From assembly GCA_002269645.1 (NCBI GenBank), contig NIVC01001110.1, positions 75,919-139,918 of the forward strand: a stretch of 64,000 bases of DNA, given 5' to 3'. The position numbers and the translations under genes were made by a program. The stretch is from Macrostomum lignano (Eukaryota). Shown in pieces: positions 23,316 to 35,051 of the stretch (position 1 is its first letter; the number at the start of each line of letters is the position of its first letter). The notes beneath the pieces were generated by a model, which searched no databases, was not told where the DNA came from, and worked only from the letters and a program-made list of their open reading frames with translations.

Positions 23316-23704
23316 GCGGCTCCCACCCCAAGCCAGCTCATGCAGCTGCAGCAGCAGCAGATTGCTAAGCGTCAACAGGATCGCGAAGCCGCTGCGAAAG
23401 CTGCCAAAGCCGCCGCCGCCGCAGCCGCGGCCAGCGCATCAACTTCAACAGATGCCAGTTCGGCCCCGTCAGCATCTGGCGACTCTTCATCAGCTGCGAC
23501 AGCAGCAGCAGCAGCTGCTGTCACGCAGCACAGCCGGCCAGCAGCGGCCCTAACGATTGACGAGTACAAAAAGCGGCGTCAAAACGACGCGGCAGCAGCG
23601 GCGCAGTCGGCTGCTGGCGCCGGCAAGCCTTCCGGCCCGGCTTATCATCATCATCAGCAGCAGCAGCAGCAGCGACAGCAGCTTCCTTGGTTGCAGCATC
23701 ACAG
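23316..23704 (+). CDS. CCNT: Cyclin T exon 4 (Gln/Ala-rich low-complexity region)
   Basis: CCGCAG| acceptor in phase 0 with exon 3; CAG|GTGAGT donor in phase 2. Confidence 0.8.
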
Positions 23705-23741
23705 GTGAGTGCAATAAATTGACTCATACGTTTGGCTCTTG

Positions 23742-23985
23742 CCTTGAGCATTGGCATCTCATCAACCCCTCCCCCCTTGAGCATTGGCATCTCCTCAACC
23801 CCCCCCCCTTGAGCATTGGCATCTCATCAATCCCCCCTTGAGCATTGGCATCTTATCAATCCCCCCTTTGAGCATTGGCATCTCATCAATTCCCCCTTGA
23901 GCATTGGCATCTTATCAACCCCCCTGAGCATTGGCATCTCATCAATTCCCCCTTGAGCATTGGCATCTCATCAATTCCCCCTTTA
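23742..23985 (+). repeat. ~30-bp minisatellite (GAGCATTGGCATCTCATCAA-C-run-TT)n in cyclin T intron 4
   Basis: About 8 units, read directly. Confidence 0.9.
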
Positions 23986-24039
23986 AGCCCTATTTACTAT
24001 ATGTGACAAACGATTTAATCCAATCCAATTTTTACACAG

Positions 24040-24370
24040 GCAACAGCAGCAGCAATCGCAGCTGCAACAGCAGCATCACAATAATCATCAGCATCATTCG
24101 CATCATTCTGGCCAGCATCCGCATCATTCTGGCCAGCATCCGAATCATCATTATCGTCAACAGCAGCATCAGCATCATCATCATCATTCGCGTCCGGGTC
24201 TGTCCGGCTCAGCATCCTCGTCGGCCTCCGGATCAGCCGTCGTGCCGCCCAGCCTCTCCGGTTCGAAGCGACCGCACCACGCCGTGCCCGGCGATTTCTC
24301 TTCGTCAGCTGGCGACGCCAATCAGTCTAAAAAGCACAAACCTAGCCTGCCTCACTACTTTACTAAGTAG
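24040..24370 (+). CDS. CCNT: Cyclin T exon 5 (His/Gln-rich C-terminus; stop TAG)
   Basis: ACACAG| acceptor in phase 2. Encodes QQHHNNHQHHSHHSGQHPHH...HHHHH, resembling the cyclin T1 His-rich domain. Spliced CDS is 1527 nt, divisible by 3. Confidence 0.8.
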
Positions 24371-24410
24371 CAAGTTTATATAGTAGCCAATTAACTGGGT
24401 GGTTGCTTAA

Positions 24411-26951
24411 CCCTCGAACGTTGGGGAAAACAATTGTCGGTTTATTATATTTGGGGTCCAATGGACCCCTCTGAGTTGATGCATGTTAACAATGCTTTAT
24501 TGATTATTTATTGTTCAAAGCAAAAAACTACCAATACAATGGCGAACGTAATACATTAGTCGCATATTATCTCAAGAACATAGCAACTGATTCAGGTACT
24601 TTCTAAATGAAATTAGGCAATGAAGCTGAGAGTACTGATTAGTATTTGCTAATTACTAATTATTGTAACTGCAGTGTAACTACATGTATAATGAATAATG
24701 TCTTGCAATTCTACGAATATATTGGAACACGAAGGATAAAGCAGAATTTGTCAGTAAATAGCACACGAAAAGAATTATCTCACTCTGCAGGCTCCCCCAT
24801 GCATTCGAGGCAGACTGACTGCAGGTGCCCCGAGCAACAGTACCGTTGGCAGGTAGTGCAGCGTGTGCGAGTTTTGCGATCAGCAGAGCGGCTACACATG
24901 TGGCATCTTCCCTTTGGCACTGATGCAACTGGGCGCTGAGGATGATTCTGACGTGCTCCTCTCTGGCCAGGCTGTTGCTTCAGCAGTGCCATTCCAAGTG
25001 CTCTCAGAAACAGCCTTCTTCGATGGGGCACTGCACCGTAGCTGTCTGGGAAGACAGCCTGGTGGAGGTAATAGGCGTTAAGGCATGCAATGTTTAGCAC
25101 ATTGCAAAACACGGCTACATGCCATCGTCGTGACTTGTACTTCACTGAGTAGCACATCGTCATCTGGTCCATCAAGTCCGTGCCTCCTTTAGTCTTATTG
25201 TAGTCCAGAATTGCTTGCGGCTTTCTTGTTGCGTTGTTAGACACCGCGGGACTTCTGTGCTGGCTAGAGAGTAGTAGTACAAGCTTATTGGGTTTCGCCT
25301 TGTAAGCAAGCAGTTGGATCTGATCTTCAGTTGTGTAAACAAACTCAGTTGAGTACAGCTCACGTCCTTGATGGTTTCGCATCTCCAGCGGCACTTCCCG
25401 TCTGTGCAGCCGTATTGAACCTAGCAGCGACATATTCCTTTGCAGTAAATATCTTGCTAGTGCTAGAGAGCAGAAGAAATTGTCGACGGTCACTCCAATT
25501 CCTGATCCTTGTAACCCTTCCGTCAACTTCAAAACGACGTGCTCACCAAGGCTTGCCTCACGCTCTTCCTCGCGGCCAACATACATATTGATATTCCAGC
25601 AGTACCCAGTAGCCGCATCGTTTAGGCACCAGAACTTCAGCCCATACTTGGCAGGCTTCTTTGGCATGTACTGTATGTAGCTGCATCTTCCTCTATAGGG
25701 AAACAGCTGTTCGTCTACAGTAACAGCTTCATTAGGAAAGTAACTCTTCTGTGAGTTCTGGACAAGTCCGTCAAGCAGCAACCTCACAGCGGCAAGCTTA
25801 TCTCTTTGCAGTCGCGCATTTCGAGTTTCGCGGTTGTCAAATCGCAGAAATCGGCGAATAGTCTTGAAGCGCGTCAAAGACATGGAGTTCTTGAAAACCT
25901 TTCTTCCGAATTCCTCACTCCAGAGCTCATCGATGCTCTCCATGCTTCCTTTGAATACTCCGCGAAGAATGTTTAGGCCAATGAAGGCATTGATTTCCTC
26001 TCTGGTAGTTGGATTCCAAGCATTTCCAAGAACTCTCCTAGCTTCGCGGTTGGTCTCTATCACAATTGTGTCAACCATGTCATTGTCAAAGATGACGTGG
26101 AAAGCCGACTCTTCATCATGAATGCGTGCTGCAGCGTAAGCTGTGATTCCTGGTCTATTGCGCAAGATGTTACAGGCTGGCCTCTGTCCAGGACGTGAAG
26201 TTTCATGGTGCCATACTTGACCACTAGGACTGCGATAACTTCTTTCAACATCACCAGCAGCAGCTGCGGCAGCAACAGGTGATGCTGGCCTTGATGAATC
26301 ACTAGATGCGTCTTCAACATCGGGCAAATCAATATCTTGTTCGGCTTCAGCAATATCCGAAAGAGCCTCGTCTTCGTCCGATACTTCAGCGTCAATATGG
26401 GCTTCTGGGTGAGCAACTGGTTGGTTCATAATCACTTCAAGAGCTCTAGACTTAGCAGCTCTTACGACCATCGGTCTAGAAGAAGCCATTTTGCAAATTT
26501 TCGCAAATACTTGCTGAGTAAATGCTTGGTATAGTAGTTTTCTCTATGAATCAGCTGGAAAATCTTTTGTTATAGAATAGCTATTTTCACAAGATTAGGG
26601 CAAGAGGGTGCTCCTTATATACCCATCAGCTATATATAGAATATTCTAGAAATAGAAAATATTAGAAAGTTTAGAAAATATTGAACCGCCCCAACCGACT
26701 TTATGTGTTTCAACTATATAAATATAGAAAATTAGTTACGGGGTCCACTGGACCCCAAGAACCCCCAATATAATAAGTTCACTTGGTGAACTGGGCTTAT
26801 ATAAAATAAGAACAACGATGCTTATACGGTTGAAAACCTTCAAAAATAATAATTCTCCTAGCATCTGGTTGTTTTAACATAATATTTAGTATGATTTAAT
26901 TCTAACTAAAGATACCGTTGGGGTCCAATGGACCCCAAAATCTTTCGAGGG
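24411..26951 (-). mobile_element. Full-length piggyBac transposon, 2541 bp
   Basis: TTAA at 24407-24410 and 26952-26955. Terminal CCCTCGAA/TTCGAGGG inverted repeats. Palindromic subterminal GGGTCCA(A/C)TGGACCC motifs at ~24452, ~26740 and ~26919. Confidence 0.95.
24780..26489 (-). CDS. piggyBac transposase (PGBD family), 569 aa, uninterrupted
   Basis: TVDEQLFPYRGRC..QYMPKKPAKYGLK, VTVDNFF and YNKTKGGTDLMDQ give the DDD triad. C-terminal Cys-rich domain CHMC..CTTC..CC..H..C..C. Confidence 0.96.
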   Translation of the reverse strand: MASSRPMVVRAAKSRALEVIMNQPVAHPEAHIDAEVSDEDEALSDIAEAEQDIDLPDVEDASSDSSRPASPVAAAAAAGDVERSYRSPSGQVWHHETSRPGQRPACNILRNRPGITAYAAARIHDEESAFHVIFDNDMVDTIVIETNREARRVLGNAWNPTTREEINAFIGLNILRGVFKGSMESIDELWSEEFGRKVFKNSMSLTRFKTIRRFLRFDNRETRNARLQRDKLAAVRLLLDGLVQNSQKSYFPNEAVTVDEQLFPYRGRCSYIQYMPKKPAKYGLKFWCLNDAATGYCWNINMYVGREEEREASLGEHVVLKLTEGLQGSGIGVTVDNFFCSLALARYLLQRNMSLLGSIRLHRREVPLEMRNHQGRELYSTEFVYTTEDQIQLLAYKAKPNKLVLLLSSQHRSPAVSNNATRKPQAILDYNKTKGGTDLMDQMTMCYSVKYKSRRWHVAVFCNVLNIACLNAYYLHQAVFPDSYGAVPHRRRLFLRALGMALLKQQPGQRGARQNHPQRPVASVPKGRCHMCSRSADRKTRTRCTTCQRYCCSGHLQSVCLECMGEPAE

Positions 26952-27349
26952 TTAATAACGGACGTTTTGTTTTCTTTATAATTTCTCTTACGCTGGGTCG
27001 TGCTTTGGCTTTGATTTAGAATTAACCACAGATGCTCGAATAGCTAGGTTTGTCAATCGCAAAAATGAGCTTTTTGCGTTTTTATTAAGTAAAATATTTC
27101 ATTGAATTTGTCAAAAACTTTTGGTAGCTGCAATAACAAGCAGACTCATAAATTAAGCATCTTCATCCTGTTTTTCTGACTCCAGACTGCCCCAGGCTCA
27201 AAATTATTTTACAAGAAACCAATTTAAGTTTGAAGTCTGTTGGAGAACTTGAAAAACCAAATCTAGTGCGTGTGCATCGCGAGCAAGAGAAAAGAGGGAC
27301 ACCCCATCCCCAGCCCAAACAGTGGACTGTCAGACTTTGGCCCTCTCCT

Positions 27350-27655
27350 TAGGTCCTTACTGCTCTCTCATTGGCTGAGCTGGAATTAGGCCTGCCCCCC
27401 CCCGCTAGGCTGTTTTGTTCGTCCAACTTTGACCTCTCTCCTTACTGCTCTCTCATTGGCTGAGCTGGAATTGGGCCTGCCCCCCACTAGGACGTTTTGT
27501 TTGTCTAACTTTGACCTCTCTCCTTACTGCTCTCTCATTGGCTGAGCTGGAATTGGGCCTGCCCCCCACCAGGACGTTTTGTTTGTCTAACTATAATCTC
27601 TCTCTCCTTACTGCTCTCTCATTGGCTGAGTTGAAATTGGCCTGTCCCTAAACTG
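27350..27655 (+). repeat. ~84-bp tandem repeat, 4 units, each with an ATTGG (CCAAT) motif
   Basis: CTTACTGCTCTCTCATTGGCTGAG at 27356, 27441, 27523 and 27607. Confidence 0.9.
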
Positions 27656-28231
27656 AGTTTTGTCTATCTTACGTGATTTATTCTTAACCTTAGAAACCTT
27701 AACCTTGGCTGCAAACCTCAGCCAACCCCGAAAAAGGAAATGAAATTTTAACTGCCACAATATATTTAAGTGACTCTGCGCAGAAAAACTACTGGAAAAA
27801 GTGTAGACGATGTACTTTTTCACAACTTTTTTCGCGACTGACATATCCAGTTAATATACGAGTAGTATCTGTGGCATTAGCTAGATTAGATTAGAAAGAT
27901 TTATAATTACTCGTACATGCGAGTTCATGTACCGTGAAATTGGTAGCTACTGTCTGTGTGTGCTTTTTTATATATTCTGCTTGTGTTTTCTCTCTGTGTT
28001 GACTTGTCTTATTCAGTACGTGTTAATTTATTATTTATGTAGAATTACAGAAAACTGCTATTAATTGACCTGCTGGATAACGTCTGAGCCGCTGTAAAAT
28101 TATAAACTACCAGTGTGATTATGTCTCAGTACAAACAATACAAACTGCACAGATCATATAGAGACTATCATCACTCTTAAGTCTCCAAGGAATTTGAAAA
28201 TATTCACAGTAAATCGCTCCATTGGCAGCAT

Positions 28232-29835
28232 TGCCTTAGCAACTGTACCATTCCCTTAGCAACTGTACCATTCCCTTAGCAACTGTACCATTCCCTTAGT
28301 AACTGTACCATTCCCTTAGCAACTGTACCATTCCCTTAGCAACTATACCATTCCTTTAATAACAGTACCATTCCCTTAGCAACGTACCATTCCCTTAGCA
28401 ACGTACCATTCCCTTAGCAACGTACCATTCCCTTAGCAACTGTACCATTCCCTTAGCAACTGTACCATTCCCTTAGCAACTGTACCATTCCCTTAGCAAC
28501 TGTACCATTCCCTTAGCAACTGTACCATTCCCTTAGCAACTGTACCATTCCTTTAATAACTGTACCATTCCCTTAGCAACTGTACCATTCCCTTAGCAAC
28601 TGTACCATTCCCTTAGCAACTATACCATTCCCTTAGCAACTGTACCATTCCTTTAATAACTGTACCATTCCCTTAGCAACTGTACCATTCCCTTAGCAAC
28701 TGTACCATTCCCTTAGTAACTGTACCATTCCCTTAGCAACTGTACCATTCCCTTAGCAACTGTACCATTCCCTTAGCAACTGTACCATTCCTTTAATAAC
28801 TGTACCATTCCCTTAGCAACTGTACCATTCCCTTAGCAACTGTACCATTCCCTTAGCAACTATACCATTCCCTTAGCAACTGTACCATTCCTTTAATAAC
28901 TGTACCATTCCCTTAGCAACTGTACCATTCCCTTAGCAACTGTACCATTCCCTTAGCAACTGTACCATTCCTTTAATAACTGTACCATTCCCTTAGCAAC
29001 TGTACCATTCCCTTAGCAACTGTACCATTCCCTTAGCAACTATACCATTCCCTTAGCAACTGTACCATTCCTTTAATAACTGTACCATTCCCTTAGCAAC
29101 TGTACCATTCCCTTAGCAACTGTACCATTCCCTTAGTAACTGTACCATTCCCTTAGCAACTGTACCATTCCCTTAGCAACTGTACCATTCCCTTAGCAAC
29201 TGTACCATTCCCTTAGCGACTGTACCATTCCTTTAATAACTGTACCATTCCCTTAGCAACTGTAACATTCCCTTAGCAACTGTACCATTCCCTTAGCAAC
29301 TGTACCATTCCCTTAGCAACAGTACCATTCCCTTAGCAACTATACCATTACCTTAGCAACTGTACCATTCCCTTAGCAACAGTACCATTCCCTTAGCAAC
29401 TATACCATTACCTTAGCAACTGTACCATTACCTTAGCAACTGTACCATTCCCTTAGCAACTGTACCATTCCCTTAGCAACTATACCATTCCCTTAGCAAC
29501 TATACCATTACCTTAGCAACTGTACCATTCCCTTAGCAACTATACCATTCCCTTAGCAACTATACCATTACCTTAGCAACTGTACCATTCCCTTAGCAAC
29601 TATACCATTCCCTTAGCAACTATACCATTACCTTAGCAACTGTACCATTCCCTTAGCAACTATACCATTACCTTAGCAACTATACCATTACCTTAGCAAC
29701 TATACCATTACCTTAGCAACTGTACCATTCCCTTAGCAACTGTACCATACCCTTAGCATCTGTACCGTTTCCATAGCAACTGTACCATAACCTTAGCAAC
29801 TGTACCATACCGTTTCCATAGCAACTGTACCATCC
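28232..29835 (+). repeat. 20-bp minisatellite (CTTAGCAACTGTACCATTCC)n, about 80 units
   Basis: Direct reading; a recurrent variant TTTAATAACTG unit is interspersed. Confidence 0.97.
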
Positions 29836-31001
29836 CAAAGAAGTGCAAAAAAGCGTCGGAAAGTAAAGCGAAAGCAATTATTTTCTTCCAAATATCGCTA
29901 GATCAGTCCTTGCTGTATACAGTTAAAATTACCTAAAAAATCAAACAGGTCAATAGGATTAAATTATGCATTAATTATCTTGCTTAATTGCGTTACTGTT
30001 GCGTGTTTCACAGCATTTCTTTAATTATAAATATGAAGCATTATCTGTCTCATTTGTTCCACCCCTAACCTGCTTGTGGATGAATTATAAAAAAGGAATA
30101 AAAGTTATAAAAAAGCATAATCACTATCCAGCACCGCTGCGTTTACCTGTCTGTTCGTAAATTGCCAAAAAATCTTCAAAAACATAAAAGTTACACATAT
30201 TTTTGTTTTCTTTTCGTTTATAAATTTTTGTACTTGGCCACAGTCGTGTTGTAATTCGCAGTGTATGCTATGTTCACTGCTGCTATAGTAATATATGTTT
30301 GTAATAACAATAATAATATTATTATTACCGATAAAACGCCGACTGGAAGCGAATATTTAATTATATTGCTGAGGCGGCTCAGTGCAGGACAAATAAAGAA
30401 TCCCAAGTTAATAATTTTGGACATTTTCAGTCCAAAAAATGATTATGCCGAATCTGCACTTTATTCATTTTATGTAGATTTTATAAGTTAGTAGTTCTCA
30501 CATAGCCATTAAAATAGAGCTCTACAATAGAAGTTCTTATTGGCTCGTGGAATTCTCAAGGACTACTACTTACTTAAGTAGAAAGATGGGAATCTTGGAA
30601 GTTTTTAGGTGGTAGGTATTTCAGAAAAAAATACACTACGGAGATAGGAAGTTTTCACTTGAGCTTAAAAAGTTTATTACTTTCGATGGGAGGCAGACCC
30701 ATTGTTCATCTTTTGATATGTTGGTCAGTCTTATAGCTCTATTGATATTTATAGAGTCTTTCGTCTAGAAAATTAAGACAATTAGAAAGTTACAGATATC
30801 TCCGTAGTGTTTTTCCCAAGGGGGCTTGGGAATTCTACATATAAAAATACAATAGGAAGGCTGGAACAGTGAAACATGAATAGGCCTTTAATATTCTTAG
30901 AAATCAAGTGCTTTGATGGTTTTATAGCTGATCTAGCGAGCACAGTCCATTATTGAATTATTAGTTTAAAATTTCTATTTAACAAACAAACAAAATTGCA
31001 G

Positions 31002-31529
31002 GAAAAACCAAAGCAGATAGAAGCCAAAGGCGGTCGTTTTGTTGGCCCGCTAAATCTTCTCTTGACTGTGTTGCTCAATGTTTTTGTGTTCAGATTTCTG
31101 CCGCCAATCACTGCGCCCTGGCTGCTGCCAGCTACTGTTAGTAGTGCTATTAGTAGTGGCGATGACGTCAGTAGAGCCGCTGGTCTGAGTGTGGCCGCCA
31201 CTTGGCTGGCGCCGCCGGCTCTGATGGCGGCTGTGCTGCCCGCGGCGTCCCGCAGCCTGCCAGTTCTTGGGGACACCTTCGCCACTGAGTCGCTGGTGCA
31301 CAGTCTGCTGACGCTGATCAACATGCTGGCCGGCGCCGCGGCTGCTCCTCGCCTGCTGCTGCCCCTGCTGCCGTTGTTCTCCATCTATTACTGCCTGTGC
31401 CGCTTGCTCTGCCTGCTGACTGGCTGGCTGGCTCCCGGTCGGCTGCCTCTGGTGCAGTTTGCCCGACTGTTTGTGCCTAATGTGTTGCTGCTCATCTTTA
31501 ACTGCTATGCCGCTCTGGCTGGGCTTTGA
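31002..31529 (+). CDS. Terminal exon of an uncharacterised multi-pass membrane protein
   Basis: TTGCAG| acceptor, GC-rich 175-codon frame with 4-5 hydrophobic segments, TGA stop. Upstream exon not identified. Confidence 0.55.
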   Translation, partial: EKPKQIEAKGGRFVGPLNLLLTVLLNVFVFRFLPPITAPWLLPATVSSAISSGDDVSRAAGLSVAATWLAPPALMAAVLPAASRSLPVLGDTFATESLVHSLLTLINMLAGAAAAPRLLLPLLPLFSIYYCLCRLLCLLTGWLAPGRLPLVQFARLFVPNVLLLIFNCYAALAGL

Positions 31530-31544
31530 CTGCCCGCGTGCTTA

Positions 31545-31885
31545 TAGTTGGGGGTTCATCTGAGGTCACCGATAGTTGGGGGTTCATCTGAGGTCACCGA
31601 TAGTTGTGGCTTCATCTGAGGTCACCGATAGTTGTGGCTTCATCTGAGGTCACCGATAGTTGTGGCTTCATCTGAGGTCACCGATAGTTGTGGCTTCATC
31701 TGAGGTCACTGATAGTTGTGGCTTCATCTGAGGTCACCGATAGTTGTGGCTTCATCTAAGGTCACTTATAGTTGTGGCTTCATCTAAGGTCACCGATAGT
31801 TGTGGCTTCATCTGAGGTCACCGATAGTTGTAGGTTCATCTAAGGTCACTGATATCTGTTGGCTCATCTGAGGTCACAAATAGTC
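31545..31885 (+). repeat. 28-bp minisatellite (GATAGTTGTGGCTTCATCTGAGGTCACC)n
   Basis: About 11 units, starting 16 bp after the stop codon. Confidence 0.95.
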
Positions 31886-32399
31886 GGCTCATCCAAGGGC
31901 ACTTATTGGCACTTGTTCATATTAGGGCACTTAACCCTTAAGTAAGATTTAATTGTAATATTACAATGGTGCTATAATGCACCAGAAATGATTCAAATTT
32001 GTAAAAAATGTTTTTCTCTACAAAATTTTTTTCTATTGTGATTCTTCCCTTAATCGCTATTACCAATTTCTCGTAGCATTTTGCGAAGATTAAAATTTTT
32101 TGTTTTACTGATTCTTTTTTACTTGAGTCAGTTTTCTGATATGCTTAGCGACAATCTAATAAATAAAAAAGCGATGGCAGATAGTTAATATTTTTTTCTT
32201 TCTAATTAACAATATCTCTCTTATTGAGTCTGACTAAATTTTTGTAGCTTTACTCCTTTGACCTGGGCACGAATGTAGACTATTAAAGCAGGGTCCCACT
32301 CACTTTTTAACATTTAGAGAGCGTAATAACTTATTTTTCTTCAAATTCGGCTTTCTTTATAAAGTGGCTCCCTCTGAAGACTGATAGTTTAAGAAAAAA

Positions 32400-33145
32400 A
32401 GACAGGTAGGTAGAAAAATAGATAGGTGGGTGGGTGAGTTGGTAGACAGATGATTGGTAGATAGATGGGTGGGTAGATAGACGGGTGGGTAGATAGATAG
32501 GTTGGTAGATAGATGGGTGGGTAGATAGACGGGTGGGTAGATAGATAGGTTGGTAGATAGATGGGTTGGTAGATAGATGGGTTGGTAAATAGATCGGTTG
32601 GTAGATAGATGGATTGGTAGATATATGGGTTGGTAGATAGATCGGTTGGTAGATATATGGGTTGGTAGATAGATGGATTGGTAGATATATGGGTTGGTAG
32701 ATAGATCGGTTGGTAGATAGATGGATTGGTAGATATATGGGTTGGTAAATAGATAGGTTGGTAGATAGATGGGTTGGTAAATAGATGGGTTGGTAGATAG
32801 ATGGGTTGGTAGATATATGGGTTGGTAGATAGATCGGTTGGTAGATAGATGGATTGGTAGATATATGGGTTGGTAAATAGATAGGTTGGTAGATAGATGG
32901 GTTGGTAAATAGATGGGTTGGTAGATAGATGGGTTGGTAAATAGATCGGTTGGTAGATAGATGGATTGGTAGATAGATGGGTTGGTAGATATATGGGTTG
33001 GTAAATAGATAGGTTGGTAGATAAATGGATTGGTAGATGGATGGGTTGGTAGATAGATGGGTTGGTAAATAGATGGGTTGGTAGATAGATGGGTTGGTAA
33101 ATAGATGGTTTGGTAGATAGATGGATGGATGGGTGGGTGGGTAGA
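32400..33145 (+). repeat. Compound 16-bp repeat (GATAGATGGGTTGGTA)n built from tetranucleotides
   Basis: Produces the spurious 264-aa IYQPIYLPTH ORF. Confidence 0.93.
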
Positions 33146-33271
33146 GACCATGGTATATGGATAGTTGTGTAGATGGATTGGCAGTTAGACTGGAGACTGG
33201 GAAGTTACAGACTTATAACAGATTCAAGCCTAGCCTCCAATCCGATCCAATTGTGCGGCAATTGCAGCCTC

Positions 33272-33385
33272 ATGTCCGACATCAAAGCATTCCTATACGG
33301 CTGGCTTGGCACCAGAAAATACCAGCCACCCGCGTACGAAGTGCGCCAAGAATCCGGCCGGGGACGGTCCCGGTTTGTTTGCGAT
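33272..33385 (+). CDS. DHX9: DHX9 / RNA helicase A exon 1 of 9 (gene 33272-47122, 1326 aa); dsRBD1 N-half
   Basis: MSDIKAFLYGWLGTRK...YEVR..RFVCD aligns to DHX9 MGDVKNFLYAWCGKRK..YEIR..KFMCE. Donor GAT|GTAAGA. Confidence 0.88.
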
Positions 33386-33497
33386 GTAAGACAGCTTGGA
33401 TTTGTTGCTGATCCTTTTCAACTGAGTGTTTTATATCACCATTGATCTTGTCACACTCGTAGATAAACCCACTCATTATAACTGTACTATTAATAAC

Positions 33498-34010
33498 TGG
33501 ACAGACAGACAGACAGACACTAAGACACGGTCAGACAGACAGACAGACACACTAAGACACGGTCAGACAGACAGACACTAAGACACGGTCAGACAGACAC
33601 TAAGACACAGAGACAGACAGACACTAAGACAGAGACAGACAGACACTAAGACACAGTCAGACAGACACTAAGACACAGTCAGACAGACACTAAGACACAG
33701 TCAGACAGACACTAAGACACAGTCAGACAGACACTAAGACACAGAGACAGACAGACACTAAGACACAGTCAGACAGACACTAAGACACAGTCAGACAGAC
33801 ACTAAGACACAGAGACAGACAGACACTAAGACACAGTCAGACAGACACTAAGACATGGTCAGACAGACACTAAGACATGGTCAGACAGACACTAAGACAT
33901 GGTCAGACAGACACTAAGACATGGTCAGACAGACACTAAGACATGGTCAGACAGACACTAAGACCAGAGACAGACAGACAGAGTCAGACAGACAGACAGA
34001 CAGACAGATC
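33498..34010 (+). repeat. 22-bp (GACAGACACTAAGACACAGTCA)n and (GACA)n array filling DHX9 intron 1
   Basis: Direct reading. Confidence 0.93.
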
Positions 34011-34045
34011 TTATTACCTACCTATTCCTCGCCACCGACCCGCAG

Positions 34046-34387
34046 CTCCGAGTGGACAGTTTCGACTATGTAGCCCGCGGCAGCTCCACAAGCAAGAAGG
34101 ACGCGCAGACTAACGCGGCCAGAGATTTCGTAGCCTATTTGGTCAGGCAGGGCCAAATGACGGCCGCTGAAGTGCCCCAGTTTACTCAGGACTCGCTAGA
34201 ATGCTCGGCTATTGGCGGCGCTGGCCCCTATCAGAAACCGGTGATGGCTGGCGGCGGTCCGGCCGGGTTCCAGGCCGCTGCTGCCGACCAGGCTGGCATA
34301 GGAGGTGGCGGCCCGCAAACTGACGCTCTGGGGGGACCCAGGCATGGCTATATCGATAGAATTGCCGATCAGAAGCGATTGGAAGAG
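34046..34387 (+). CDS. DHX9: DHX9 exon 2 (dsRBD1 C-half)
   Basis: GSSTSKKDAQTNAARDFVAYLVR; phase 0 at both ends. Confidence 0.93.
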
Positions 34388-34908
34388 GTGGGTTCGGTGA
34401 TGCATTGGATTTAATCCAAGATGTGTTTGCCAAAGGAAAGATTGGAGCTTTTGTCTATGGTAGCAAGGGTGGCAGCAGCTCCTCAGAATACGCTTTCTCT
34501 GCTAGTCGCAACAGCGCGAAAATCAACTACTGAACTCAATTTCGTCAGTAGTCTCTGCAGTGCATGCATCATTGTTAGTTTGATTGAGTAGCTTTTTATT
34601 TAACTCATTTGTGGGCATGTCTGAGACTGAGATACGAAAGTTCCATTCCACTGAGATACATATCTACTCTTACTAAACGAGAAGTTCTATCAAATTCTCA
34701 AAAAATAGCGTCCATGTCCCTAAGCTACTGAACTCATGTCAGCTTTTTCACACAAGTGACCAAAAAAAGGGTCGCACTTTCCCTATTACCGCAATACAAA
34801 GCGGCTCCTATCTAGAGAATATAAAATCTATGGGCCCAAGCCGCTGTGCCGGCCTTGCTACCATAGACAAAAGCTCTATTATGCCTGTTGATATGATTCT
34901 TATCGCAG

Positions 34909-35051
34909 GCCGAGGAAGTTGACTTCACAGCCGACATCCACGGAGGCTGGACCATAGACAATGCCAAGAGCCGGCTGCACCAGTACCTGCAGACGACTAA
35001 ACAAGGCAAAATCGATTATCACTATAGTTCTATTGGCCCGGATCATCGAAG
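34909..35051 (+). CDS. DHX9: DHX9 exon 3 (dsRBD2 N-half)
   Basis: AEEVDFTADIHGGWTIDNAKSRLHQYLQ...GPDH; canonical splice sites. Confidence 0.92.
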
